Positions 11,343 through 24,400 of a DNA stretch of 64,000 bases are shown here, piece after piece. Location of the stretch: contig NC_088308.1 in the NCBI RefSeq assembly GCF_910592395.1, forward strand, positions 1,922,001 through 1,986,000, written 5' to 3'. Each line of letters starts with the position of its first letter. Positions within the stretch are counted from its first letter, which is position 1. The stretch comes from Lineus longissimus (taxonomy: Eukaryota). A model generated the notes under the pieces. It saw only the letters and a program-made list of their open reading frames with translations. It was not told the DNA's origin and ran no database searches. A program made the translations under genes and the position numbers.

Positions 11343-13344
11343 ATGGCGTCGGGAGGAAGAGAGAAGAAGAACTCTGATCAGAGCGGTAGCTCATCCATCT
11401 GGGGCATCTTGGGAGGTCTGGCGGGTGGTCTAGCTTTAGGAGGGTTGGCAGTCTATGGAGCAACCAAGCTGGTTGAAGTACTTGGTGCAGATGAGGCAGC
11501 TGGTGGAAAAGAAGAGGGTGCAGCATGTAAGACAAAACAGATTGATAGTGGTAAGCATCACCTCAGACGATGTTGTAAAAAAGAACCAAAAACTACTGTG
11601 ACTCATTTGAAAGATTGAACTGTGGATTTTTAGGATGATTGAGTGATAGAACATTTATCCCAACATTTATGTGTAAAATTGTATCAGCCAGAGTTCTGTC
11701 ACTCAGTGTCAGTCATAGCTGTCAAATCTTGTCATGCTGTTGCAGTAAAATCCTTTGTCAGTATTTATTCTCTAACCATTTCCTCCTATTTAAGATGATG
11801 AAGATGATTCAAGAAGTCAGCAGAGGGAGTCTGCATCTAGCTACAGTTACCAGGGGAACACAAACACAGCAATATACCATGGTGATGCCTCATCTTTGGG
11901 AATCGGAACATACAGCCAGAATCCAAATATTCGATCTTGTACCAGTGCGTCCAATGATCATTCCACTTCCACAGCGACGGAAGACATCGACCGTTCAGCT
12001 GAGGCAGGTGATCTAGTGATGCCTGGCAATCTTTCTGATCAGTTGAATGATTATTTAGAGAACTATGTCAACATCTCTCAAGATGAGTTACAAAATGCGT
12101 TGAGGCTTGTGGCCCTGATAGAGGTGCAGCTGAGAGATGCTCTTGCAACTACAAACCTCCCTCTAGATCAGTTCATTCATACAGGTACGTTCATGGTTGA
12201 CTTGCCAAGCTTCTAGAGAAGCATTAGGGTTTTAATTTAATTTTATGTTGTAATTGTCTCCAGTCGAGTTCGCCTTGCAAAAGGAGGATTATGGGCCACT
12301 TTGGTTTCAACAAAACTTCTTTGTGTGTTCTAGTCTGCTATTCAGCAATTGTTTAAAATAAATTTACTGGCAGTATTTTTCTTGCATTTTGATTCTTGGA
12401 TGAAATGTGTCTCAGGATATTGATACTAAAGTGGAGGGACTAATACTTGTCTCAGAATTGATATCAGTGACTTGTCTTTTATTTCTTTGTTTATTATTTC
12501 AGGGAGTGGTTATGAAGGTGTACAGATCATACAGCCAGATAACTTTGATGTTCATCTTCCCCTGAGGCTCAACCCTGCATTGTGGGAGCTGGTCAACTGT
12601 GCAGATTCTTCACTTCATACGGCTGGATACCACCTGGTTAAGCGCATTGGTTGGGATACCGGCCAATTTGGGTCATCACCGTGGGACAGATATTTGGATG
12701 GAACGTATTTATCTCCGCAAAAACTATGCAAGCATCTCCATGGAGTTCTTCAGTTTGGTTTAGACGGCATTGAGAACATCCAAGATTGCATCTTGAGCAA
12801 TAACATTTTGAGCGTTTTTGTACAGTGTTCGGAGTTTTGGTCAAACGAGATGAAAGTAAATGTGATCCCTTTGATCAAAATGGGGGAAACCTCTGTATGT
12901 GCCCGTGCTCACCCACTGGTGAAGTCGCACAACATGGAAGGGTTGAAAAATCTCTGGCAGCACAATTTTGGTAATCAAGAATCAGATGTTATGAAATCTT
13001 TTGATGAAGACGGTGGTTGCCAAAAAGATTGCCTGAAAATTCTAAGGGCCATGTCCTTGCATGATGAGTCTTTCCTGCACCAGGTTGATCCCTATGTCCT
13101 GAAGACAGTTCTCTTCCACTTGAGTTGTCAGGAGGACTTCTGGGAGAGGGAGACACTGCCTGAGCGTGTCATAGATATGTTCATGACCCTGAGGGGTTTC
13201 CTTGAACAGGGCCGTCTGCCACACTATTTCAAACCAAGCATCGATCTGTTTGAAGATAAGACCGACACGTTCAAGGTGAATCTTCTGGCGTATGTCCAAG
13301 AGATTTGTGCTCCGAATAGGTTGTGCTCCCTCTTGGAGAAGTAA
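11343..13344 (+). CDS. Mitochondrial dynamics protein MiD49/MiD51 (MIEF)-like; Mab-21/cGAS-type nucleotidyltransferase fold with N-terminal TM anchor (~479 aa)
   Basis: Exons 11343-11550, 11795-12184 and 12503-13344 (phase 1 introns). TM segment IWGILGGLAGGLALGGLAVYGATKL; NTase loop TGSGYEGVQIIQPDNFDVHLPL; MiD-type blocks LW...GYHLVKR...GSSPWDRYLDGTYLSPQKL and DGGCQKDCLKILRAM...VLFHL...GRLPHYFKPSIDLF. AATAAA at 14063. Confidence 0.8.
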
Positions 13345-14181
13345 TTCCTCTTCTTAAACACTTTAGCTAAAGTGGCATATATCGTATTAGTCCGTCAGGG
13401 GTTCATCCTCATCCACAGGAGGTATGTCTACACATATCTCATCGCTAAAATCATACGTGGTAAATGTATGATGTACAAAACATGTATATAAATGTTGCAG
13501 ATGGTTATTTTGAGCTTGATATGAATGTCCCTTCTAGTCAGTTGTGCGATATCTGTTGTCTTCTACCCCTTCTGTGAGTCTCCTTATGCTTGAAAACTGG
13601 ATACATTTTCTAGATCTGAACAGTGTGGTGATTCAACTTAAAAGACCCCATTGCTGGCTGCTGAAAATTGACAATAGACTCACGTGAATCCTTTGTCGGA
13701 CAGCCTTTAGAGAGTTGATAAGCACTTTCAACCCGCAATTTCACCAGTCACAAAGGATTCTTTTGAGTCTATTACTGGCTAAGGGTATGTGCTGTATTGA
13801 TTTGAATCGCTTCACTGATAAAGGACACTTTGTTTTTTCTGAAATAATTTTTTTTTATTTCCTGGTGCTAAACAACTTATCAGTAGTGTAAAAATATGTA
13901 TGTCTGCTCGCCTTAAATATTTTGAAGAATGTTCAACTGATCCTGCTTTAACATTATGAAATAGATTGTCTTCTGTAATGATGCTTTAATCACCTTGTAG
14001 CCAAGTACATGTATGGAAGCTGTGAATGTATTGCCTTTGATTCTTTAATTGTTTGAAGAGACAATAAATGCTTTTTGGCCGTTATGAGAAAATAATCCCG
14101 ACTTTTTCAGTCCTCAGTGTGGCTGATCCACGTACTTATCTTTATCTGACCAAAGACAGTGTTCCAGATTACCAAACAAGG

Positions 14182-14299
14182 GGGTGATATGAATAAAGAC
14201 TAGGAAATGCTTTTATCTAAATCTCCATGTACATTTACACTAGGCCTTCCTGTACAAAACCGGAGTAAAAGCATTTGCTAGTCTTTATTCATATCACCC
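14182..14299. mobile_element. Small MITE / hairpin element
   Basis: gggtgatatgaataaagactaggaaatgctttta ... taaaagcatttgctagtctttattcatatcaccc: ~33-bp near-perfect inverted ends. Confidence 0.65.
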
Positions 14300-15402
14300 A
14301 ATGATTACTACTAGATAACAATGATCCTATCATGAGTTACCGAGAGGCTGCGGGACACACCATGGGCCAGGTCTATGCTGTGACTTTATGAGCCAGCCAC
14401 ACGAAGGACACCATGGATGGAGACTTCACGGCGTCAAGTACATGGAACCATTTCCGACATCGGACACGAGACTAAATCACAATGTCGTCTTCTTTGCCTT
14501 GTCTGGACAGTCACTTCTGATTCCTGTCCGTCTCCATAAAGCTAGCCAGATAGACAAGTACGGGTACCCCACCCCAACTGGAGTCTAAATCTTCCAGACT
14601 TGGGACACCTCCCCCAAGGATGTGCTCCAGTCTCCAGTCATGGCCAAAGGTTCTGTGTCACTTGGACTGATGTCACGCCCTCCAATTCAAGGTAACTACA
14701 GTATATTGAGTGGCATTTCACAACCCTTTGTGCAAATTGTAACCACTAATACTGATGAAGTCACAACCATTTGGAGGAAGGCATGGAATTAGATAACTAG
14801 GACCTAGATTTCTAAGAGAACACATTTCTTTATCAGCAACAAACTTGTTTTATTTATGCACATAATTGAAGTTGAACACGAAGTGATACAATACAATACA
14901 TTGCTAATACTGCAGCCATTTCATGACATGTGAAATCTAAACAGAACACTTGGTTCACAGCGCAAGGTTATCCATAAAGAAATACATGGAAATGATTGCA
15001 TGATTGAACAATCTTTTAGACTAGCACTAAAGGCAATCTGAAGGCAAGTTTATACTAATCAGGACATTTTCATTTCATGCAAGAAATTCTTGAGAGAATA
15101 CATGTAATGCACGTGTGCATTAGGAATGAAAAAGAGCTTTATAGCATGGAAGACTCCTCAACATTTATACACTGTACAAAATATCACAATTGAAAAGTGA
15201 ATGTCACGGCCTAGAAGTGGCATTAAAACTTGGTAGGTGAAGACAGCGATAGCTTAAATATTTTCTAATCACTAAATTAACAGGGTTTCATACTGTCAGT
15301 TGTTTCATTTATTAACAAAATAACAAGTAATATTTTGAAGGAACTATATCTTCAGATATCACAAATGAAATGTATTGGCATGTCACGATTGCCCTGGAAT
15401 GT

Positions 15403-18400
15403 TCAGAGACTGAGACTCGATTTTACATCCAATCGCTGTAAAAATGGCCGGAGTGCTGGTGTAACTTCCTCATCAATGAATCGCTTGGTCTGAAATAACA
15501 CACAATTCATCATAAATCATATCATATCACTATGAAAATACAGGTTATAGGCCACAGCAGACTCACCAGGCTCTACTGTGGCAGATAAAATTGAGAGGAA
15601 ATGGGAGCTGAGTGAGCGAGTTTATAATCAAATCTTTCCGTTTATGATCAAGACGACTTGAGAAAAGAACACCTGAGTCATTTCCTCCTCCATACTCTAC
15701 AGTTGAAGTCTTGTTAGTTGAGCCTTTCTCTCCAAGATGGCGAGACTGCAAATCCAGGTTCAACTGACTCTAAAAACTGTACAGCGGAAAGTCATTCAAT
15801 TTGAACACAGATTCCATCTTGAATATTGTACAGTTATATGAAATTGGAAATTGATATCCAAGTCTTTTTAAAGAAACTTGTTTGTTCAAGAGTGTTAAGT
15901 CTCATCATACTCATAGCAATATGATCCTACCTGCTCAGGTGCCCTTCCAATATACCCAGAGGGATCAACAAGATCATCAAGTTGATTATGAATAGGCCGG
16001 AAGTACTCCGATTTTCTGATACGTTCTAACAGATCATTCTCCTTGCCCTCCTCCTTGACCACCGCACCGGCTTGATGAGACAGTTTACGAATCTCCTCAT
16101 GGCAGTCCTATTGAAGACAGGAACACAGAAATTTGAAAAAAGAATAGCCTGCCTCCATGATACACCCTTCTACCTTACCCAGCGAGTGTGAATCGAGGAC
16201 CTGATTTCACCTGTAACCACCATCCTTCCCTACACACTTTTAAACAACCATTCAACACTTCATCCCCTTCACAAAGTTGATGAATTCTGCACTCAGTGCA
16301 TCATTTCTGCAGTCTCATCTTTGTTTATAAAATAGGAAACCCAAAATCAGAAAATCAATATGGCAGCCAAATTGTCATTTCCATAGCCCAGGTCAAAATG
16401 AGTTGAGCAAGACTAATACCTGTCTGTTTCCACCAGCCTTGACTACAGCCATTAGAATGTTCTCTGTGGCAATAAATGGTAACTCCTGCTTGATATGTTT
16501 CTGTATCACCTGAAATAAAATGACGGTCAAAATGAGTTTTTTGATGACCAGAACCCTTTCGAAACGTTTCTATGCCAATGTTTTAAGAATACTCAGTAAC
16601 TTTTTGTAACACTGTGCTTGAGTAATGAGAGTAACCCACCTTGGGATAGACAACCAATCCCTCTGATACATTCTGTAATGTATTCATCAGGATGTCGGCA
16701 GTCAGGAAGGCTTCAGGTAGGCATACACGTCTGTCAGAAGAAAACAGAAAGGAGGATTAAAGAAGTGTTAGAGGGCATAACTGACTGGTACTTCTGTTCA
16801 GTTAAAGCTTACCATCTTCTATTCCTGGACAGACACATTGCTTGGGACCATGGGCTATTCACTTTATTGTTTACTTGCCACGCCTGAACTTCAATCAAAC
16901 TCATATATGTGACCCGTCACAGCAAAACCAGGCGCATGTCGCACAGAAGATGAGCCTAAATGACACCAGGAGATAATGGAAGAAATAGGTGTGCTCGTAT
17001 TTCACAAAAGGCAGACAATAGAGAAATGAACAAACAGTCCGTCTCAACCTGCCAAGCTCAGAGCGACATGCGCCTGATTTTGCTGTGACGGGTCACATAT
17101 ATACATGTAGGTCCACTCCAGAAGAAACCTGGACTTGGGACACAACCGCAGTTGCACACAACATACAAAACGATCGAAAGAGGACATGCAGAAGAAGTGT
17201 TACTCACCTATTAGCACTATCATCCAATGTTCTCTCCATCCACTGGGTGGACAGAGTCATCAGTGGATCCTGGACTAGACACATGAGATGACGCGCCAGG
17301 GAGCAGCATCGCTCACAACGCATCGGGTTCCTCTTATAAGGCATGGCACTTGAGCCGATTTGATCGCGCTCAAATGGCTCCTCAACTTCCTTCATACTCG
17401 CTAATAGTCGGATATCAGTGCAAATCTGAAGAGAGAAAGAGTGGAGACAACATGAATTAATAAGAAATCATAAAATCATGCCAAAGGTTTGCCTATTTTG
17501 TCAAAGACATGAAAGACATTGTTGTAATATTCTATTTTGAAGAAAGTAAGAAGTCGTCACTTTGTTGTGATCTAAAATGTCACTCAAAGTAACAAAATCT
17601 CAATATTCATTACATAAAATATGTATCGACTTTGATTTAGAGCACACCAGAAAACATTTTTAAAACTCTGGGACATGAGTTTTGATTTCAATCATAAGTG
17701 GGGTAATCCCCCCTCCCCCTGCAAGAAACACCATGGGTTTCCACAGGCAGGTGGCCCTCCCATCAATCAGTATCAAACATGTCAAAACCCAGTCAGCTGG
17801 AAAATACACTGGTTTACAATACTTGTTATATCGAAACTATTGTGGACTAATATTTCAATAATTCTTTCCATATCAGAACACAATCATTCAAAAGATTTAA
17901 CATTGATTTTAGTTTATTTTATACATGCTTGGTGACTTTTGTTGGGCTTTCATAAAGGCACCATTCTGGGTGAATGGGTGGCTAACACTAACAGACATAC
18001 TGGCTTGATCTTTTGAACACTTTTTTACAATATAATGAAAGGAAACATACTAAAAGTGTATTTCTCTACGGTAAGTCTACATGCAATTTCAAAAGTCATC
18101 TTTATCATCTACCATACATCAGTTGGGATACTCCCTACTTTCCCTCATAAACCAGGTTTACTTCATCATTTTTATTATACATGTAGTTGGTATTTTTTTC
18201 CTCAAAAACATGTATTAAACTATTAACTTGATTTATAGTGATGTCAATGATAAACATGGTGCAGCCACACTTCCACAGTAATCTGTTACCATGGGCACAA
18301 TAAACACTGGCATAAATCTGTCGTTCAATAATTACCTATATGCAAATCACCAAACAGAACCATAAAATCACAAATTTATATCAATTCATCATGACAGAAT

Positions 18401-21400
18401 TCGATACATCGCAATCGGGGAGAAAATATCAATCAAAGGGTTTCAGTTTATATCAGTACAAATCCCAGGGCCCATCTAAACATGATAATTCAAAGGCTGT
18501 TCTTACAACTTTGGTTGGGTAGCAAGTGGGTTAGTACGAGGATGACAAAACAGTATGGACTCTTGATAATTGGTAAGATCTCAAGTCAACACATGTTGGT
18601 TGTGACCATTTGCAACAAAGAGAAAAAATTAATAACTCAAATGACTTAATTCGAACCACAAAAAGTACCGTAGACACAAATCTTAAAGCATAACATATGT
18701 TTTAGACTAACCAGCATTAACACTACAGGGAATTTAACTTTCTCAAAGGACTTTCAGCTCCTGTCACAAACATTCAAGCTTAAAGTACCTAATTTTTTTG
18801 TAATGCTGAGCTCTTCCGTGGCTATACTTTAAATCAATAAGCTGAAGATTTTTTTGAAGGACCAAAATTCATATGACGCCTGTAGTGTAGTGTGGGACGG
18901 TCTATAGCAGTATACCATTCAGCTGAAGTCCAATCACAGTGGCATTCATTCAAGGACAAATCAAACTAATGATTGAACTGGAAGAAGTCTACTGACCCAG
19001 TTAAATCAGATCAACGAGGGGGAAATCAAGAAAGGAGGTGGTGGATCTACATGTTATCAAGACTTTCTCTGGATTCTAAATTGTGCACTATGAGTGTCAG
19101 AAGATGTTGAAGTCTATATGCATTTCAGTTTGCAGGCCAATTTGAAAGCTGTGTTGAGAATAAAGGACATTTAACTGAAAAAACCTAGGATTTACTTTAG
19201 ACTGGAAACAACCAGATGCTTAAAAGTTAACGGTTGGCTGAAGAGATGGACAATCTTACTGCCTGGAATTGTAATTGAACCATTCCTAAGGGATCAAGAT
19301 ACACCCATAGGATCTTGTACATATCAAAGTGGTCAAGGTTTGTACTAGAGTTGTGTACTGTTATAATAGTGCTCGGAAGAACAACATTTTCATTAATTGT
19401 TTCTGATGTCTCATTCTACTGACATGCCCCTAAGACGGTAACTTGGGGGAAGGGGGTCCCGGAATCTGCTCTGGCCATACCGACTTTCTCACTCAAAGAC
19501 GAGACCAGAAACCTAATCCTGAGAGAACATAGTCTGACAGTCAAACAATACTCAAGAGCACCACCAAGTCGCAAAACAACAAACAGCTGTTTGTTCTCAC
19601 GGGCAAAAAGACGAGTAAAGACATGATCATGTAATGGTCGAGCGCATTGCCAAAAAGTGGGTTTGGTATTCACTGAAAGATTTTTCAGTTGGTCTGTATT
19701 GGCTAATCATAACAATACATACTTCTTTTTTACCTTACTAAAACCTAATCAGGACAAACTATCCTGGTGGGAATATAATTTACTCTTTGACTCACTCACA
19801 ACCACAGGCTAGCAGAATCTAGAGTTCCCCCTCTCACTTGGCATTGAAATTCAAGACCTCTCCAAAACTCTGATTTTGTCTTGTTTGGAAGCAATTTCCA
19901 TGGGTGACTTATGTTCTAGTTCCACAATTGTCCGTTTTTTCAGGATCAAGATGGCTGCAAAGTACAGAGATCAATTCAGAAAAGGTGACCAATCAATGGA
20001 GAGCAGGAATGCATTCTGGAACGCCGGTTTCCAAGCATGCGTCAAATGTGGCACCAAGGAGATTGAGAAGGACAATGTCACATGTGGAGCACGACCTAAC
20101 GGGGAAATGTACGGGACTGAAATATTCAAATGTTCAAACATGACATGCGGATGGACGACAAGTTTCTACTATGACGATGCATGTAGGTATTCAGAGCAAA
20201 ACCAATATTGCCACATGTGCAACATAATATTGCCAACAGCACAGTGCTTCCATCTGTGATCAAGAGATCAAACACTGAAAGAAAGGAAGACTTCACAAAT
20301 GGAACAGCAATGCAAGGAATAATTTCATCCTTTTACTAACACATTTGTTTTTGTTGTTGTTGCACTTCAGGTATACCATGGCATTATGAAACAAAGGAAT
20401 GGAAAAGATCGGTCAAATTCTACACTGCCGGTCTGATGGTCTTGTGGGCGCAGAAACGTTTCCTACCAGAAGATATCGTCCAGAAAGTGAAGGAATTGAA
20501 CGTTAGTGGAGAAACGCTACTGGAGTGGCATCAACAAGGCATTTTAGCAAAGAAATTGGATATACCAGAGAGCAGAGTGGAAAAATTAACGAAGGCTATC
20601 GAAGCCAGGAAAACTATAATATGAGCTTAACATTATTGCTTAGAAACTGACTATTAAGGGAATGAATATCATTCTTGAAATTTACAGACTGTCATGGGAC
20701 TAGAATGAGTGATGATCTGAACAATAGTTCAGCAGGACACATATGCTGAACAGTTTTAGGATGGCACATAATCGCACAAAGAGAGATCTAAGATAAGAGA
20801 ACTCAAAGTGAAAATGATTTGAACATTCTGAACATTTTTAATCATAAAACTTTAACTGTTGACCAAAATTCCCGGGAATTTGAAGAACGATCAGTCTTCA
20901 TTTGGCCATGGTTTTTTTTGCCAACTCCAAAATGCTGTATAAGGCGCATTATCACATTTGGTGATGAAACATTTCATATGCTGTCAGAATAACATAACAC
21001 ACAAGGTGAACAAGAACTTAACGTACCTTGTGCACAGAGGCTCCAAGGCCAGCCAGAGGGGATAATACCTCAATGTCAACCTTTCTGCTGTATGTCTGGC
21101 CACAAACCATATAAGACCTGAAAAAAGAATGGAGAAACATTATACAGTAGAACTTCTCTACTACAGGACACCCTTGGAACTGACCAATGCTGTTGGTGTC
21201 CTGATTACAGTCCACAGAGGCCAATCAGAATGGAAATGACAGGTTTGGTGCCAACCTGATGTCTCTTTTTAGAGGGGTGTCCTCAAAAAGAGAGGTGTCT
21301 GCTATGAATTTAAGTTCCACAATATTACTAGCGCAGTATTCTAATGAATTATTTGAGAAATGCTTGTGTTCTATTTTCTATAAAACAACTAACACCAGAG

Positions 21401-24400
21401 ATGTCAAAGAAAATGAACCATGGATGCAATTCCTTCAAAGTTGATTCATTTCAGTTGTTCATTTACTCGTATTTATAATGAACATGTACTTACTTCTTAA
21501 ATGCAGCCATCTCTGTCACCATTCTGTCAAGCTCTTCAACCTTTTCATGGTCGTTGTCCAAGAGAGACAAAAAGCTGGCTTGTGTACCTGTAGTCCCCTT
21601 GACCCCACGGAAACGAAGGTCCTCCCTTGCTCGCTGTAGGTTTCGAAGGTCCATAATTAAATCCTGGATCCATAGGCATGCCCGCTTTCCTACCGTAGTC
21701 AACTGTGCTGGCCTTGAAAATAGAAGGAACACCTTGTGATCAGAGGCTGCTGCCATCTTGTGTCGAATGAATAAACTAGCCAGAAAATCAAGTTCTAGTG
21801 AAAAGTATGGGACTTGCATAACCCAGCCTTGGAATCATACTAACTTAATTAAAAAACGTTTTCTCTAAGATTGTATACTTACTGCATGTGGGTGTACCCA
21901 AGGCAAGGCTGGCTCCTTTGTTTCATAGCAAAATTGGAGAGTCGGTCAATGCACCGGGCAACCTTTGGCAGGAGGATATCCAGACCATCCCTCAACATAA
22001 TGAGATCCTACAGAAGAGGAAAATCATCATCGAATTGGCTATGGAGTGATTCTGCATGCCACCATGGTTAGGCACCAATTTGTGGTATCGCCTAGTGACC
22101 GCGTCCTCACCAAGGAGGAGGGATCCATCAAATACTGCCAAATGATTGTTTCTTGTTCGAGTGGTATCGTTTGCTTGCTGGTGGTATAGGTGCCAAGTAA
22201 AATAACAATGAATAACGATTTTCTGTCTCATTTTAATGAACAATCAAAGGACAATCATAACAAATGGGTAAAGCAAATCTTTACTCAGAGAGACAGAAGA
22301 TGTTCTACCTACCGTGTTGTCACCAACATAAGCAGACGTAGCACCGAGGTGTATGATACCCGCTGCCTTTGGACAAGAGGCAGCAAATGTGTGCACATGC
22401 GCCATGACATCATGTCGACGCTTCTTCTCTTCCTGAGCAGCTCGGTCAAAGTCAATCCCATTCTGGTTATCCTCCATTTCAGTGATCTGTTCTTCGGTGA
22501 TGTCGAGACCCAGCGCCTGAATGAGAAAAAGAACTGCACAATTATACATGTAGTATCAACATGTTCATCAATTGATAGCTTTTCCTTAATCATCAAGTAC
22601 CAAACGAGACATTTTCAGCATCTGATCATTGATCTGACTCAGTCTGATCAAGGAAGGTCATCAAGCACAAGAAATGGAAATGAAAAGCTCCCCCAACTCC
22701 AGGGCAATGATGCTAATTCTTTACTACTCAATCAACACATTATAGGCACAGTTTTTTTAAGTCCCGGGGGTATGAAAGATGTTTCAGAGGTCTTTGTTGA
22801 AGTAAAATATTTGTGCTGTAATCAGGACACACAAGTAAGCATACCACATGTACCAAGGCTACTTGTTAGAAACCCTCTCTGTTGAACTTGGGGTGAACTA
22901 AATAGGTAAAAACACCAACAATACTTGTTTTTGAATGAGCAAATATGAATATACTTTCGAACAGAAAGAATGTTTTAGCTATATACATGTTTGTCAAAGA
23001 GCTTTGACTTTTATTAGCAAAACATGAACAGCTATTGCCGTCTAGAACTATACTGAAGAAAGCCAAGGGCAAAGGCAATGTACGATTGAGTCAAAATATT
23101 CTGAACATTGTCCAATATAATAGTAGCTCTGCCAGTCCTACTTCTGATGTGAAACAGCTATTGAAGATGTTGGAATAAAAATCAGCAAAACTGCAAATAA
23201 ATGAGCATCCGGCTATAAAAATCACCCCCATTCGAAATAAAATCATTTATGCAAAATATCAGAAATATTGCCATGATTTTGAAGGACAAATAAAATCCCA
23301 GGCAGACAAAAAAATTTGTTTGCATAATGATTTAAGTAACATTATCATTTTTGTGTGAAAATGAAGGTCTTTTTAAAAGCACATCATCTGTCATTAGAGA
23401 ACACATGGACACATTTTACAAAGTTATATTTGGAGCAGGTAATCCCCAATTTACCTATCATTATTTTCAAACATGCCAAAGGAGATTGCAGGTAATGGAT
23501 TTGATAAACATATCAGAGACATAATCTGATTCCATTTTCAGAATATATTCCACACAGAGCCTGCTCTTGAAATATATGACCCTGCTCAATCTGCCACTGT
23601 TTGCAACACTGTACAATGCCACAGGTTGTGTGTCTCAAGTAGGAATCAAGCACACCTGTACCAAACAGATATTCTTTCTCAAATATTCCAAATATTGCAT
23701 AATGATAGTGAGAAGGTGATACAAACAATACTGAGCATAGAGACAGAATGTACGAGCCGAGATGAAATGGTTCAATAAAAGGTCAATAGAATATAAAGAC
23801 CAGCATTGGGATGGGATGTCTCCCAAGGCAAGGGGGATGTGAGATGAGACAGGTTGAGACATTTGGATTATGCCATCGGCATACAGGCCCTCACACCAGG
23901 TGGAGGAAGCCTCTGAAGGCCACAACAAACAAGACCACATGATCTTTTGTTGGTTTTGCCTATATTTAGTTTTGTTTGGGCCCGAAATGACTTCCTCCGC
24001 CTTGTGTCCGAGTCTCCCAACCTATGCACTTGATTGGGAAAATCGTTTACATAGTGACAGTCAGTGTTGGCCGTCGCCACGTCACGATGCATCGCAGCTC
24101 TGGCGATTTAACACTACTGTAACGTGACGTGACGGCTTCGTGAACGTTGTTTCCAATCAAGTGCATGAATATATCGTGTAGTCACCAGTCCCGCGCCCGA
24201 TTCCTCGTCTATCTGTGTCATATGGATGCAAGATTGCTGTAAAGAATGCAAATTTGGATGATACGTGTGGCATTGTGGGATGGAATAAGGACTAAGGAGG
24301 GCCTATAGATTCAATTCATGCACATATGACTTAATTGGGAACAACGTTTACGAGTCGAAGACGTCGCGTCACGTCACGTTACAGTACGAGTATCAGGGCC

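Noticed and set aside
14340..14700. GC-richer segment with a 66-aa ORF between MiD-like and ADSL
   Set aside because: No recognisable motif or consistent exon partner; cannot be supported without a search.
22190..22885. 231-aa plus-strand ORF
   Set aside because: Non-ATG start, antisense to ADSL exon 2 and running into intron; no recognisable domain.
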